64,000 bases of DNA from positions 675-64,674 of IMG/VR virus record IMGVR_UViG_3300014205_000232, one strand, 5' to 3'. A program made the position numbers and the translations under genes. Below, piece after piece: positions 27,537-36,696 of this stretch (within the stretch, counting starts at the first letter, position 1; every line of letters begins with the position of its first letter). The notes below the pieces were generated by a model. The model made no database searches. It had not been told where the DNA came from and worked only from the letters and a program-made list of their open reading frames with translations. The stretch is from a virus.

Positions 27537-27578
27537 GGAGAGCCTGGAGGACAAAGCCTCCAGGCTCTCCCTTTTTTC
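27537..27578 (+). terminator. rho-independent terminator after the PARP-like gene
   Basis: ggagagcctggagg-acaaag-cctccaggctctcc followed by cttttttc. Confidence 0.7.
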
Positions 27579-27588
27579 GGAGATCAAA

Positions 27589-28032
27589 ATGGCTGAGTGG
27601 ATTGATTGTGGCCTTCCCTTTTCCAGGCATGATCTGAAATACCCGGAGGAACCAGATTTCACTGAGGAGATCAAGTCACTGTTTGGTGTTGACTGGTGGC
27701 CTCTTCGGCATGCCCAAGGTTACCTGTCGCCGACAGACTTTGTCTTGCGACAGCTGGTCATGGACTGGTACGAGAAGCAGCCCCTTGTGCAAGAAATGAG
27801 AAATCAGTCCGCGGCACTCTACTCTGAGTCCTTCGAAAACACGTTTTGCTCCCAGGGACTGAATCGAGTGGGGGTCCTGGTGGAAACAGAGAAGGGGCAT
27901 CGTTTCCTGATCGGGGATATGGACTGTGATGGCTGTTGGGGTGAGTCCAACACGGTACATGACGTGATTGTCCAGTCCGAGACCATCATCACACGTTACA
28001 TGCTTTTGGATCTTCCCCAGCCTGGAGCCTGA
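27589..28032 (+). CDS. hypothetical protein
   Basis: ORF track; N-terminus MAEWIDCGLPFS resembles that of 60368..60937. Confidence 0.45.
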   Translation: MAEWIDCGLPFSRHDLKYPEEPDFTEEIKSLFGVDWWPLRHAQGYLSPTDFVLRQLVMDWYEKQPLVQEMRNQSAALYSESFENTFCSQGLNRVGVLVETEKGHRFLIGDMDCDGCWGESNTVHDVIVQSETIITRYMLLDLPQPGA

Positions 28033-28035
28033 GTC

Positions 28036-28608
28036 ATGCGTCCTTGGATTGGAGCTATTGCTTTTCTGTTGGTCCTTCTAGGTTCCTCCGTCTCCGTTGA
28101 GGCCCAACAGAGGGGTACCGCAAGCCAGAGTCTTCATGGTCCCGTTCCCATGACGGGGTTCGACGGCTTTGATTGGGGTACCCCAATCAGGCGGATGCAT
28201 CGGGTGGGTGAAATCTATTTGCCCGGATCACCATGGTCTCAAACCATCGGGTGGGGTCCTTGTCCTCTGGGGGTGGAACCCATCTGTGCAATCCACTACC
28301 TGTTCTATGACCAGAAATTAGTACAGGGGATCTACAGGTCCGTTGGCTTTGGTATGGACATTGAAGCTGCCATGCTGCAACTTGCAACCGTGCAGCATCA
28401 AATTTCTGTTGCCTACGGTCAGCCAACAACCAATATCGTAGGTTCTCTGAACTATGGCTACTGGGCAACAGACCTTAGTTGGTCTAATCGTCGGACAAAG
28501 GTAGAGCAATACACATCTGTGATCATCCCCCCAGTCAATGGATTTACGACACCCCAGATCGTATATGCATTGACTTTCACATCTCAGCAACATCTTAGAC
28601 GGCAGTAG
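28036..28608 (+). CDS. secreted protein (signal peptide)
   Basis: MRPWIGAIAFLLVLLGSSVSVEAQQ. Confidence 0.5.
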   Translation: MRPWIGAIAFLLVLLGSSVSVEAQQRGTASQSLHGPVPMTGFDGFDWGTPIRRMHRVGEIYLPGSPWSQTIGWGPCPLGVEPICAIHYLFYDQKLVQGIYRSVGFGMDIEAAMLQLATVQHQISVAYGQPTTNIVGSLNYGYWATDLSWSNRRTKVEQYTSVIIPPVNGFTTPQIVYALTFTSQQHLRRQ

Positions 28609-28617
28609 GATCAAACG

Positions 28618-29544
28618 ATGGCCAAGGTTTTAGTCCTCCGATCTTGTGGGGTGGACCTCACCTCGTTCAACGAGTTTCAATGGCCCGCCTCAGGACCTGT
28701 AGAGGCCCCAGACTGGGACCCGACACCCTTCTGTGGTCATGGTTTACATGGGCTGCTCTGGGGGGAGGGGGACCACGGTCATTTGGTGAGTGTCTTCCCT
28801 CAGAAATACCTCGTAGTCGAGGTAGAGGAGTCTGAGGTTGTAGCTATACCCCGATGGCAGCAAAACCGCATGGTCAAGTTTCCAAGAGGGAACGTTGTCT
28901 ACTGTGGTTCCAGGTCTGGGGCAGCCCAGTTCATTCAGCAGGCTCGACCTGAGGCCCAAGTCGCTGGACTGGTCCAGGTGGGGGAGGAGGCCAAGTCTTT
29001 CAACCTTGGTCTTTCGGTGGCCCTCGAGGGTTCTGCTGAGTCCGGTTTTGATGGGGTGGCGGTGGCTCTGAGGGGCTCGGCTACGGTCAAAACGGGCATG
29101 GCTCTGGCTGGCCACAACTGTCAAGCGGAGGCAGGATTCCAAGGGATCGCAGTTTCGGGAGAACATGGAAAGTCTCTCACAGGAGCTGAGGGTTTATCCG
29201 TATCCTCCTATCAGGGCCATGCAGCCTCAGGAACTTCGGGGGTCGCCGTTGGTGGCTCGGGGGCACAAACTAGTGCCGGGAGCTGGGGACTGGCGGTCAC
29301 GAGTGGTGTGCGTGGGCTTGCCAAGGTAGGGTACGGAGGGTTCGCCGTGGTAGGGCCTTACGGTTGGGCCTCAGCGGGGATGCATGGCACCATCCTGATT
29401 GGCGCGACGGAACAGGGGAGTCCACCTGTGATGTACAGGATGGGCCGCATAGGTGAGAACGGTTTGGAGCCTGATACCTACTACTCCCTGGACCATGAGA
29501 ACAATTTCATCTCCCAGGGATCATCTTTACCCACTCCTGAGTAG
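28618..29544 (+). CDS. Gly/Ala/Ser-rich repeat protein
   Basis: Degenerate GxAxxG repeats through the central region; ORF track. Confidence 0.5.
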   Translation: MAKVLVLRSCGVDLTSFNEFQWPASGPVEAPDWDPTPFCGHGLHGLLWGEGDHGHLVSVFPQKYLVVEVEESEVVAIPRWQQNRMVKFPRGNVVYCGSRSGAAQFIQQARPEAQVAGLVQVGEEAKSFNLGLSVALEGSAESGFDGVAVALRGSATVKTGMALAGHNCQAEAGFQGIAVSGEHGKSLTGAEGLSVSSYQGHAASGTSGVAVGGSGAQTSAGSWGLAVTSGVRGLAKVGYGGFAVVGPYGWASAGMHGTILIGATEQGSPPVMYRMGRIGENGLEPDTYYSLDHENNFISQGSSLPTPE

Positions 29545-29548
29545 TTTC
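29519..29548 (+). promoter_or_regulatory. promoter-like motif overlapping the upstream stop codon
   Basis: gatcatctt N11 gagtagtttc; TAG of the upstream gene lies inside box B. Confidence 0.5.
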
Positions 29549-29566
29549 AGCAATGGAGATTTCTGC

Positions 29567-29812
29567 ATGAAGGACGAGACCATGACGAGTGAGGCCCTTG
29601 TTGAGGTGAACCCGAAGCCGATCCCGGAGCGGGATCCGTGGGTTACGCTTCAGTCCGCGTCCACCAAGGACAAGACCCAGCGGAAGCGTTTGGAGTCCAA
29701 CATCGTGACGGGGGGCTGGCGTGTTCGTCGGGCCTACCCAGGAGAAGCCTGGACCCCTGTGTTGGAGGACTCCGAGGCGGAGTGCACCAGGGTGTACGAG
29801 GGGATGAGCTGA
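29567..29812 (+). CDS. small hypothetical protein (81 aa)
   Basis: Met39 of the ORF-track frame, downstream of a full promoter motif that overlaps the previous stop. Confidence 0.45.
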   Translation: MKDETMTSEALVEVNPKPIPERDPWVTLQSASTKDKTQRKRLESNIVTGGWRVRRAYPGEAWTPVLEDSEAECTRVYEGMS

Positions 29813-29827
29813 GGGCTAACCACCCGA

Positions 29828-29868
29828 AACAAAAAAGGCTACCTGCGCAGGTAGCCTTTTTTGTTTCA
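29828..29868. terminator. bidirectional rho-independent terminator
   Basis: aaacaaaaaa-ggctacctg-cgc-caggtagcc-ttttttgttt. Confidence 0.65.
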
Positions 29869-29873
29869 GTCCA

Positions 29874-29902
29874 GATCATCTGGGGCTGCTGTAGAGTAGC
29901 TC
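29874..29902 (+). promoter_or_regulatory. promoter-like motif (tandem unit 1)
   Basis: gatcatctggggctgctgtagagtagctc. Confidence 0.55.
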
Positions 29903-29933
29903 TAATGTAAGGAAACCGGAGCGGAGAACAACG

Positions 29934-30332
29934 ATGAGTGTCACTACGCAAACCATTGTGCACGTCGACCACGAGCCCGGCAAACTCGCCACCCGCGAGG
30001 ACGATGTTGCGATGGAAATCCTGGACGTAATGTTCAAGGTCCTTCTCGATCAGGGTCAGGTGATTCTTTGTGACCCGAAGGAGGCTCTCAACTCGAGGGT
30101 CCGGTTTCCAGGCGACAACTTGACGGACCGCCTCACGAGGTGGGTGGTGGGTCGCCGTCCCATGGGTGTCTCCTACAATCAGGTCCTGAGCTGGTTTGCT
30201 CTCAAGAGTTGCCGTTGCGTCCGGGTTGGCGTGCTTGCGGGCAGCTCGCCAACCCAGGTGCTGTGGGCGTCCCCAACGGGAGACGACCTGCTGCACCAGT
30301 TGCAAAAGGATCATCATCTGGGGCTGCTGTAG
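29934..30332 (+). CDS. hypothetical protein, tandem paralog 1
   Basis: Own promoter motif; N-terminal 75 residues alignable with the next gene (MSV..PG.LA.RED.VA..IL..MF..LL..G.V...DP.EAL.SRV..PG.NLTDRL..W). Confidence 0.55.
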   Translation: MSVTTQTIVHVDHEPGKLATREDDVAMEILDVMFKVLLDQGQVILCDPKEALNSRVRFPGDNLTDRLTRWVVGRRPMGVSYNQVLSWFALKSCRCVRVGVLAGSSPTQVLWASPTGDDLLHQLQKDHHLGLL

Positions 30333-30349
30333 AGTAGCTGTAAGGTAGA
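30309..30349 (+). promoter_or_regulatory. promoter-like motif (tandem unit 2; box A carries a 3-nt insertion)
   Basis: gatcatcatctggggctgctgtagagtagctgtaaggtag. Confidence 0.55.
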
Positions 30350-30374
30350 CGAGGAACCCTACAGGAGAACGACG

Positions 30375-30803
30375 ATGAGTGTCCTTGAGATTCCCACCGT
30401 GATTGTGATGGAGAAGCCCGGGAACCTTGCCAATCGCGAGGATGCAGTGGCCACGAGTATCCTCAACAAGATGTTCGACCAGCTTCTCGAACATGGTGTG
30501 GTCCTCGTGTTGGACCCGAATGAGGCTCTCCAGTCGAGGGTCAAGCACCCGGGATACAACTTGACGGATCGCCTCAAGGGTTGGATGGTCTCTCACGTTG
30601 GTGAGAAGACCCCCCGCCACGAGGTCTTCTCCTGGATGGAAGCCCAGGGGTTCTTCTGCAGTGTGTCCCCCATGTACAGCGCCCCCATGGAGGCTGGCCC
30701 CCAGATCACGGACTCCCTGACTCACACCCAGGTGCTGTGGCAGTCCCCGTCGAAACATGTCCTGAGCGCCATGTGGAAACTCGACCACCCCGAGACCCTT
30801 TAA
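30375..30803 (+). CDS. hypothetical protein, tandem paralog 2
   Basis: Duplicated promoter-plus-gene unit; the antisense ORF 29643..30818 is rejected. Confidence 0.55.
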   Translation: MSVLEIPTVIVMEKPGNLANREDAVATSILNKMFDQLLEHGVVLVLDPNEALQSRVKHPGYNLTDRLKGWMVSHVGEKTPRHEVFSWMEAQGFFCSVSPMYSAPMEAGPQITDSLTHTQVLWQSPSKHVLSAMWKLDHPETL

Positions 30804-30853
30804 CCCGATCATCGGCACCGAGTGAACCTACAACCAGAGAAGAGGGCCAGAAA

Positions 30854-31054
30854 ATGCTACTTGCCTACCAGATCGCGTGGGACGGGGTGAACCAGTACAA
30901 GTTCCGTTACAACGTCCGCACCGATGACTATGCGGTCGAACACAAGTTGTATCGGGCTTCGTCTCTCACGGGAACTCCGATCTTCAAGTCGGCCAACCGG
31001 GCGGAGGCTCTCGCCGTGTTCAACCAGAAGGTCTCTGGCCTCAACCCTGAATAA
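30854..31054 (+). CDS. small hypothetical protein (66 aa)
   Basis: Met40 of the ORF-track frame after AGAAGAGGG RBS. Confidence 0.4.
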   Translation: MLLAYQIAWDGVNQYKFRYNVRTDDYAVEHKLYRASSLTGTPIFKSANRAEALAVFNQKVSGLNPE

Positions 31055-31063
31055 GGAACCACC

Positions 31064-31546
31064 ATGAACCTGTTCAAGTCCATAAAGATCAAGTTGGGGT
31101 TTGGAACCAATGCCGAGAGAATCATGGCGTGGTCCTGTTCCGATGACCTGAAGGTCTACGAGCTGATCGGCCTTCTGAGTCCCTCGGCACAGCGCCAGTT
31201 CGCATGCGATGAGGCTGACCGAGCCCTACTCCACGTCACCAACCCGGACCCCCAGGCCCTGAATGCCATTAAGGTGGCTCGTGCCTACCTGACGGGCAAT
31301 GCCACCGCTGATGAGATGCTCATAGCGCAGATGGTGGCCAACCAGGCATATCTGGAGGCTTACTATGGGGAGTCCTATTACGACGAGAGGCTCACCTCCC
31401 CCTACTACGAATCCGCTGTCATGGCAGCCAACCAGGACCCCAGGATGGCTGCCATTAGGGCGGCTACGGGCTCGGCCTACTGGAGTCCCAAGGGTGAGAG
31501 GGCTCGGCAGGTCAAGACCCTGTTTGAGATGGCCAATCAACGTTAA
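31064..31546 (+). CDS. hypothetical protein
   Basis: ORF track. Confidence 0.45.
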   Translation: MNLFKSIKIKLGFGTNAERIMAWSCSDDLKVYELIGLLSPSAQRQFACDEADRALLHVTNPDPQALNAIKVARAYLTGNATADEMLIAQMVANQAYLEAYYGESYYDERLTSPYYESAVMAANQDPRMAAIRAATGSAYWSPKGERARQVKTLFEMANQR

Positions 31547-31563
31547 GACCTGAGAGGACGCAA

Positions 31564-32019
31564 ATGAACTATGAAGAGTTTTGCCACGTCGCTTATTCCT
31601 ATGATGACTGGGTCTCCTTGGCCCCCGATGAGGCGAAGAAGGAAGCCTGTGCAAGGCGCCGGAAGATCCTCACCCTTTGGGCCCTGAGCCATATCAGGGA
31701 GATCTGGGATCGAAAAGGGGACAACTCCTCCATCGTTCGTGAGTCTCTCCAGAACTACGTGGAATGTGCCGAAAAGAGCACCGTCCAAGATTTCATTTCC
31801 CCAGACAAGGAGCTTCAGCTTCGTTTCTACGAGGAGCAGGTTCCAATGTCACCAGACCTGGGTCGGCATCCCCGCAACACACCCGCTGAATTGGCGTACT
31901 GGGCGTCCATGTCCTTTGGGGCAACGCTGGCTTGTTGCACGGCTTTTTACATGGTTGCTCATGAAGGGGTCACTTTCCAGAGTCTTGCGGACGAACTGAG
32001 TGCCCTGGATTGGCCTTAG
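31564..32019 (+). CDS. hypothetical protein
   Basis: ORF track; stop immediately precedes a promoter box. Confidence 0.45.
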   Translation: MNYEEFCHVAYSYDDWVSLAPDEAKKEACARRRKILTLWALSHIREIWDRKGDNSSIVRESLQNYVECAEKSTVQDFISPDKELQLRFYEEQVPMSPDLGRHPRNTPAELAYWASMSFGATLACCTAFYMVAHEGVTFQSLADELSALDWP

Positions 32020-32023
32020 TGCA

Positions 32024-32060
32024 GATCATCTGGGGCCAACACAGAGTAGCTGTAAGGTAG
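32024..32060 (+). promoter_or_regulatory. promoter-like motif
   Basis: gatcatctggggccaacacagagtagctgtaaggtag. Confidence 0.55.
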
Positions 32061-32075
32061 CAAGAGAGGCCCACG

Positions 32076-32360
32076 ATGAGTATGAACCTGTACTGCCGAG
32101 AGTTTGAGGTCCGTCAGATCGGCACCAATGACACCAACGACATCCTGAGCCTCAAGAAGGGCCAGCCCGAGGGTGGGTGGCAGGGGGTCGCGAAGCGGCT
32201 CCGGGCCTACTGGGAGCAGGCAGCCCAGGAGATGCTCAAGGACGCCAAAGGCAATCGGGAGGAGCAAAACTTCATCCGTGAGGACCTTGCCGAGTTGAAC
32301 GAGCGACTGGATGAGGCCATCCGAAAGAATCCCAATGGCCTCCACTTCGGACGCAGCTAG
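32076..32360 (+). CDS. small hypothetical protein
   Basis: Promoter motif plus AGAGAGG RBS. Confidence 0.45.
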   Translation: MSMNLYCREFEVRQIGTNDTNDILSLKKGQPEGGWQGVAKRLRAYWEQAAQEMLKDAKGNREEQNFIREDLAELNERLDEAIRKNPNGLHFGRS

Positions 32361-32393
32361 CAGCAGAATCCGCTGAGCAAAGCTCCAACTGAG

Positions 32394-32422
32394 ATCATCT
32401 GATCACGCCCCAGAGTAGTCTC
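32394..32422 (+). promoter_or_regulatory. promoter-like motif
   Basis: gatcatctgatcacgccccagagtagtctc. Confidence 0.5.
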
Positions 32423-32441
32423 TATGTCAAAGGGAGGGACT

Positions 32442-32744
32442 ATGAAGGCCAAGAAACTCAAAGTCGGAGACCGCGTCCAGAGCCACTACAATGCCGCTTG
32501 GACGGGTGTGGTTGTGGCATCTGGCCACGACCACACTTTTCAGAACTTGGGAACCCGTTATGGTGGACCCTTCTACCAGACGGTCACGGTGGGTCGAGAC
32601 AATCAGCTGACCAAGAACAGCCCCTGCTACGAGTTGGTTCAGCCCACCAACGTGGTTGTCAAGATCACGCATGACCGCAACGGTCATGCTCTCCGCAAGG
32701 CCATCTGGAAGGTGATCGACTCCGGGTGGTTGACGCTCCTCTGA
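32442..32744 (+). CDS. small hypothetical protein
   Basis: Second ATG (MKAKK) 6 nt after GGGAGGG; promoter motif upstream. Confidence 0.45.
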   Translation: MKAKKLKVGDRVQSHYNAAWTGVVVASGHDHTFQNLGTRYGGPFYQTVTVGRDNQLTKNSPCYELVQPTNVVVKITHDRNGHALRKAIWKVIDSGWLTLL

Positions 32745-32767
32745 TGCCCCCCGAGTTGAGTTTTCTT

Positions 32768-32805
32768 TAATCATCGGGTCACGCCCCAGAGTAGCTGTGG
32801 TGTAG
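32768..32805 (+). promoter_or_regulatory. promoter-like motif (degenerate box A aatcatcgg)
   Basis: aatcatcgggtcacgccccagagtagctgtggtgtag. Confidence 0.45.
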
Positions 32806-32825
32806 ACCACCACAGGAGAACGACC

Positions 32826-33149
32826 ATGAAGAACGTGACCGAGCATAAGATGTGGGAGTTGGCGTTCAAGGCCCTGGGCAAGTGGGGGCTGTTGCTCTCG
32901 GCTTGTTCGGGGGCGGAGTTTGAGGACGTGCAGGCGGCAGCCCCCTGGGTCCCCCTCCTCGATCTCCCCCAGCTCTACGCCGGGAGCCACCTCTTCTACA
33001 CGTTCGAGACGGAGGAAGAGTGTGTTCAGCACTACCTCCGAGTCGTTGGGGAGGACGGCCCTACGGCGAGCAACCCCTACAACGGGCCTGGGCGTGTCTA
33101 CGCTCTGATGTTCAACGACCAGGGTCAGCCGGTCACGGAGAACACCTGA
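32826..33149 (+). CDS. small hypothetical protein
   Basis: Promoter motif plus CAGGAGAA RBS. Confidence 0.45.
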   Translation: MKNVTEHKMWELAFKALGKWGLLLSACSGAEFEDVQAAAPWVPLLDLPQLYAGSHLFYTFETEEECVQHYLRVVGEDGPTASNPYNGPGRVYALMFNDQGQPVTENT

Positions 33150-33150
33150 A

Positions 33151-33486
33151 ATGAACGTCTACCTGGACGACGTCAAGGGCCTTCCCTTTGGGAACCCCCT
33201 CGGGAATGGATCCTGGGATGACACTGAGGGGTCCACGGGGAAGAAGTGGGAGGTCGTTCGCACGGTGTCGACTTGCGTCGACTTGCTTGCTGCCCATAAG
33301 GGCGATGTTCAGGTCCTGTCCCTGGACTACAGCCTTGAGCACACGGACTGTGGAACGGGTCTGGATGTGTTGGAGTGGCTCGCGGATCACAGGGATTGCC
33401 TTCCCGATTTCATCCGTATTCACAGTGATCACTGGCTTGCCCCCACCCTGCGGCGGAAAAGTCAGGCCCTGATGGCCTCTCGTTAA
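33151..33486 (+). CDS. small receiver-fold protein, paralog of 22004..22372
   Basis: MNVYLDDVKG...SLDYSLEH...TGLDVLEWLADH mirrors MINLYLDDVRG...SLDHDLAD...TGYHVLTWMAEQ. Confidence 0.55.
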   Translation: MNVYLDDVKGLPFGNPLGNGSWDDTEGSTGKKWEVVRTVSTCVDLLAAHKGDVQVLSLDYSLEHTDCGTGLDVLEWLADHRDCLPDFIRIHSDHWLAPTLRRKSQALMASR

Positions 33487-33505
33487 CCACACACTGGAAA
33501 ACACA

Positions 33506-34066
33506 ATGACACGTAAGAGTTCAGACCTGGAAAACTGTCGTCGCCACAGCCTCTTCGATGCCGAGGACAGTCTCACGCAAGCTCTGCGAATGGGCCTGCC
33601 CATGCTCAACATCGATGGATGGCTCGACTCAGACCTGAGTGAGACTTTTAGGTCTGAGGTCAAAGAGGCGCTGACCATTGTTTTCCAACAAGGTTTCGAT
33701 GCGCCCCATCCTCTGCCCGATGTGAACACCCGTTCGCCCGGTGACATTCGTGAAGGGGATGCCTTTTACAAGGCGTATGAGAGTTACGGTGCCCTTCACG
33801 TTGACACCTACAAGGTGATCGCGTCCAGCCCCGTCGCGCTGATCCTTCGCAAGGACGACCCCAATCAGCAGGAGTTGATTGACAATCACAACTGCATTGT
33901 GGTCCATCCGACACATTTGAGCAACCATGCTCTGCATGCCTCAAAGGAGTCCGCTCTTCGGGAAGTTCGAGAGGAGCTTCAAAAGCGCCTCCTTGCGCTG
34001 GACAACAACAGGATGAATGAGAGGAGCAAGCTCGAGCGTTTGCTCAATCAGATCAAGATCATCTGA
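33506..34066 (+). CDS. hypothetical protein
   Basis: ORF track; stop embedded in the next promoter box. Confidence 0.45.
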   Translation: MTRKSSDLENCRRHSLFDAEDSLTQALRMGLPMLNIDGWLDSDLSETFRSEVKEALTIVFQQGFDAPHPLPDVNTRSPGDIREGDAFYKAYESYGALHVDTYKVIASSPVALILRKDDPNQQELIDNHNCIVVHPTHLSNHALHASKESALREVREELQKRLLALDNNRMNERSKLERLLNQIKII

Positions 34067-34087
34067 GACTCGGGCAGAGTAGATGTC
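34057..34087 (+). promoter_or_regulatory. promoter-like motif
   Basis: gatcatctgagactcgggcagagtagatgt; upstream stop TGA inside box A. Confidence 0.5.
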
Positions 34088-34105
34088 TCGCCTAAGGAGG
34101 GACCA

Positions 34106-34366
34106 ATGAAGATCCACATCAACAAGTTTGTAACTCGTCAGACCCCCGAGTCGAAGTTCTCCTCCATCAACCCGAACTGCCTTGCCCCGTTTCAAGATCC
34201 ATGGATGCTCCTCCGCTTCCTGGTCTATGAGAACTGGAACGAGCGTAAGCCTGGGTACCGAGATGGAGTGGTTCTCGTTCCCTTGCCGGGTGTGTTTTTC
34301 CTGTCCCCCGTGACCACCCTGGTTGCCGGCATGAACCTCTCCGCAACATACCAGCCTCGTAGATAG
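34106..34366 (+). CDS. small hypothetical protein
   Basis: Promoter motif plus AAGGAGGG RBS. Confidence 0.45.
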   Translation: MKIHINKFVTRQTPESKFSSINPNCLAPFQDPWMLLRFLVYENWNERKPGYRDGVVLVPLPGVFFLSPVTTLVAGMNLSATYQPRR

Positions 34367-34381
34367 GGTGAGGCGCCGCGC

Positions 34382-34708
34382 ATGTCCGTGGGCTATGTGC
34401 CCCTGAATGGGGACTACCTCAAGGCCAAGACCCCGGCGGTTGCCGCGGACATCGTCCTGTACGCCTCCACGGTCCTTGCGGAGGACAACAGCAACGAACT
34501 TCCGGCGGTGGAGGGCAACTGGGAGATCATCTCCATCAATGCTCGCCTTTCCCTGGAGGAGGAGCCCATGCACCCAGGGACCCTCATGGCCAACCACTTC
34601 CAGGATAGTGGGGGGACAGCGACCCACATGACGGATTCCGAGTTTGTGGAGGCCCTGCGTGTGAGTAGGGCCTACTGGGCAAACAAGATCATGCCGGCGG
34701 GGATGTGA
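34382..34708 (+). CDS. small hypothetical protein
   Basis: ORF track. Confidence 0.4.
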   Translation: MSVGYVPLNGDYLKAKTPAVAADIVLYASTVLAEDNSNELPAVEGNWEIISINARLSLEEEPMHPGTLMANHFQDSGGTATHMTDSEFVEALRVSRAYWANKIMPAGM

Positions 34709-34847
34709 TGCGTCAAAAGCTGGTTCTTGCCAATGTGGCGGTGGCCACATTCTGGATGATTGGTAATCACCAGGATGTGGTGAGTCTGCTGTTCCATCTC
34801 CTCATGCATTTGGCCATCATTGAGGTTCTTCCTAAGGCCAAGGCCTC

Positions 34848-35177
34848 GTGAGGCCAATCTGGCTCGCCCAGATCAACGAGGACTACGTCCTGACGGTCCA
34901 TGAACTGTCGGTGCAACTGGTGGAGGGGGAGTGTGACCTCTTCCGCCTTGATCACCCCCAAACTTCGGGCAAGTATCTAGGTACTCCTTGGGTTCATCTT
35001 CTTGCTGGGGAACTTCCTTTCCCCTACGGGTGGACTCAGGAAGCCGCCATTCAAATCTTGCAGGACCACCTCCTACGTCAGTTGGTAGAGCATGAGGATC
35101 GCCTAAAAAGTCTGCGACGAGACCTTGCAGCCCTGGAGGCGGGTTTTCACAGCCCCACAAAGGAGCCGAGACCATGA
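34848..35177 (+). CDS. hypothetical protein, tandem paralog a
   Basis: Shares W.AQI.E...L.V.E and PYGWT...A...L..H with the following gene. Confidence 0.45.
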   Translation: MRPIWLAQINEDYVLTVHELSVQLVEGECDLFRLDHPQTSGKYLGTPWVHLLAGELPFPYGWTQEAAIQILQDHLLRQLVEHEDRLKSLRRDLAALEAGFHSPTKEPRP

Positions 35178-35515
35178 AGAGGGTGCTTTGGAGGGCCCAG
35201 ATCACGGAAAACGGGGACCTTCGGGTTCAGGAATTTCCGATTGTGCAGTGCGATGACAATGTTCCATACCCATGGGTTCGACTCCGAACCCTGGAAGTCC
35301 GTTGGGTACGATGCCCAAACGGCAAACCCGAGTACCCCTACGGATGGACCCGAGACTCCGCCCTTGGGGCTCTGCGTGAACATATCCAGTGCGAAATCCG
35401 GGACCTTGAGGACCGCAAGGCCAACTTTCTGAGAAATCTTGAGATCGGCCAGGCCCATTTGCTGAAGCAACTGGCAATCCTGAACGAAGGATCATGTCTC
35501 CCGAACCCCGAGTAG
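35174..35515 (+). CDS. hypothetical protein, tandem paralog b
   Basis: ATGA overlap with the previous gene; paralogous sequence. Confidence 0.45.
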   Translation: MKRVLWRAQITENGDLRVQEFPIVQCDDNVPYPWVRLRTLEVRWVRCPNGKPEYPYGWTRDSALGALREHIQCEIRDLEDRKANFLRNLEIGQAHLLKQLAILNEGSCLPNPE

Positions 35516-35544
35516 GGTTCCCGAATACGGGACCCAGGAACGTC

Positions 35545-35775
35545 ATGAGTAAAGAGACCCTTTTCGTTGTGGGTGACATCGTTTGCCATAAAACGGCATT
35601 CCTTCGCAGCCTGCAGTGGTTCACTGACGTGCCCAAGAATGGTGTGGTGCAGGCAGTGGACCAGGACCGTACCAGTCCCATTCTGACGGTGCTCTGGCAG
35701 GGCAGGGATCAACCCACCAGGATTCTGGCCGTCAACGTGTGCCTGTACGCAAACCGACACCTTCAGCCCGCCTAA
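35545..35775 (+). CDS. small hypothetical protein
   Basis: Met18 of the ORF-track frame after AGGAAC. Confidence 0.35.
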   Translation: MSKETLFVVGDIVCHKTAFLRSLQWFTDVPKNGVVQAVDQDRTSPILTVLWQGRDQPTRILAVNVCLYANRHLQPA

Positions 35776-35787
35776 CGGGGTCCCTTC

Positions 35788-36009
35788 ATGATGTTGATCA
35801 TGTTGTCCTCTCACAAGAAGGACATCAAGAGCCAGGTGCAATCCATTCGATCTTTTCGTGCCTGCACGGGGTGCAATGCTCTCACCGCTGTTCGGGCGAT
35901 CAAAGAGGGCATCTTCACAGTGAAGACCGCCGAGGAGGCGGCTAACATTCTTCTGACTGTGGGCCCCTTTGTGGCCTCAGCCACCGCTTTTGATATGGGG
36001 GAGGCATGA
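35788..36009 (+). CDS. small hypothetical protein
   Basis: ORF track. Confidence 0.4.
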   Translation: MMLIMLSSHKKDIKSQVQSIRSFRACTGCNALTAVRAIKEGIFTVKTAEEAANILLTVGPFVASATAFDMGEA

Positions 36010-36203
36010 ATACGATCCTGCTCGTCATTGGTTCCCTGCTCACCATTTCGGCTCTGGTCCTGTGGGGCGGGGATCTAAGCAAGGACCCCCTACGGGACCG
36101 CTCAGAGGACTTGGGTTCCCGTCCATCTGGGGGCCTGGGACTGGTTTTCTTTTTGGTGGGTGTGGCTTGTTTGATGACCTTCTTTGTGAACGGTCCATCA
36201 TGA
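36006..36203 (+). CDS. small membrane protein
   Basis: Two hydrophobic helices in 65 aa; ATGA overlap. Confidence 0.4.
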   Translation: MNTILLVIGSLLTISALVLWGGDLSKDPLRDRSEDLGSRPSGGLGLVFFLVGVACLMTFFVNGPS

Positions 36204-36211
36204 GTTTTACA

Positions 36212-36250
36212 GATCATGTTGGTCAGTGAGAGAGTAGCTGTGGGGTACGG
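36212..36250 (+). promoter_or_regulatory. promoter-like motif
   Basis: gatcatgttggtcagtgagagagtagctgtggggtac. Confidence 0.5.
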
Positions 36251-36273
36251 ACCCCTGAGCACTAAGGACTAAA

Positions 36274-36696
36274 ATGAATCTCTTTGACCTGAACGAAGAC
36301 CAGCAAGGGCACATGTTTTTCCTGTTGAACAAGCACACGGGGAATGCCATGGGCTTCAATCGCAGCCTCTGCACTGGGAAGCAGGGTGACATGACCCTCG
36401 AGGATGCTTTTCAGGGTGGTGGTAGCATGGGACCCCGCAAGGCCATGCGTTTGGCGGCCGAGGTGGCCTCCTTCAAGATGGACCCCACGGTCAAGCTCCA
36501 CGCCCAGATCCGTCTTGCCACTTATCAGCGGATCTCCCTTCACTTGCTTGAGGAAATCAAAGGTCTGCCCGATGAGTTGGTTCAACTCATCCTGAAGGAT
36601 GCTCGGAGGTTGCTTGACCTTCTGAGCACCAATCGGAAGCCCAAGAAGACCAAGACGGACCCGGAAAACGAGTTTGATCCAAGGGTTGTTCTGTGA
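36274..36696 (+). CDS. hypothetical protein
   Basis: Promoter motif plus TAAGGACTAAA RBS. Confidence 0.45.
   Translation: MNLFDLNEDQQGHMFFLLNKHTGNAMGFNRSLCTGKQGDMTLEDAFQGGGSMGPRKAMRLAAEVASFKMDPTVKLHAQIRLATYQRISLHLLEEIKGLPDELVQLILKDARRLLDLLSTNRKPKKTKTDPENEFDPRVVL

Noticed and set aside
29643-30818. 391-aa ORF on the minus strand
   Set aside because: It is antisense to two + strand paralogous genes that each have their own promoter motif and RBS. Its composition (Pro/Arg/Gly/His-rich) is typical of spurious frames in GC-rich DNA.
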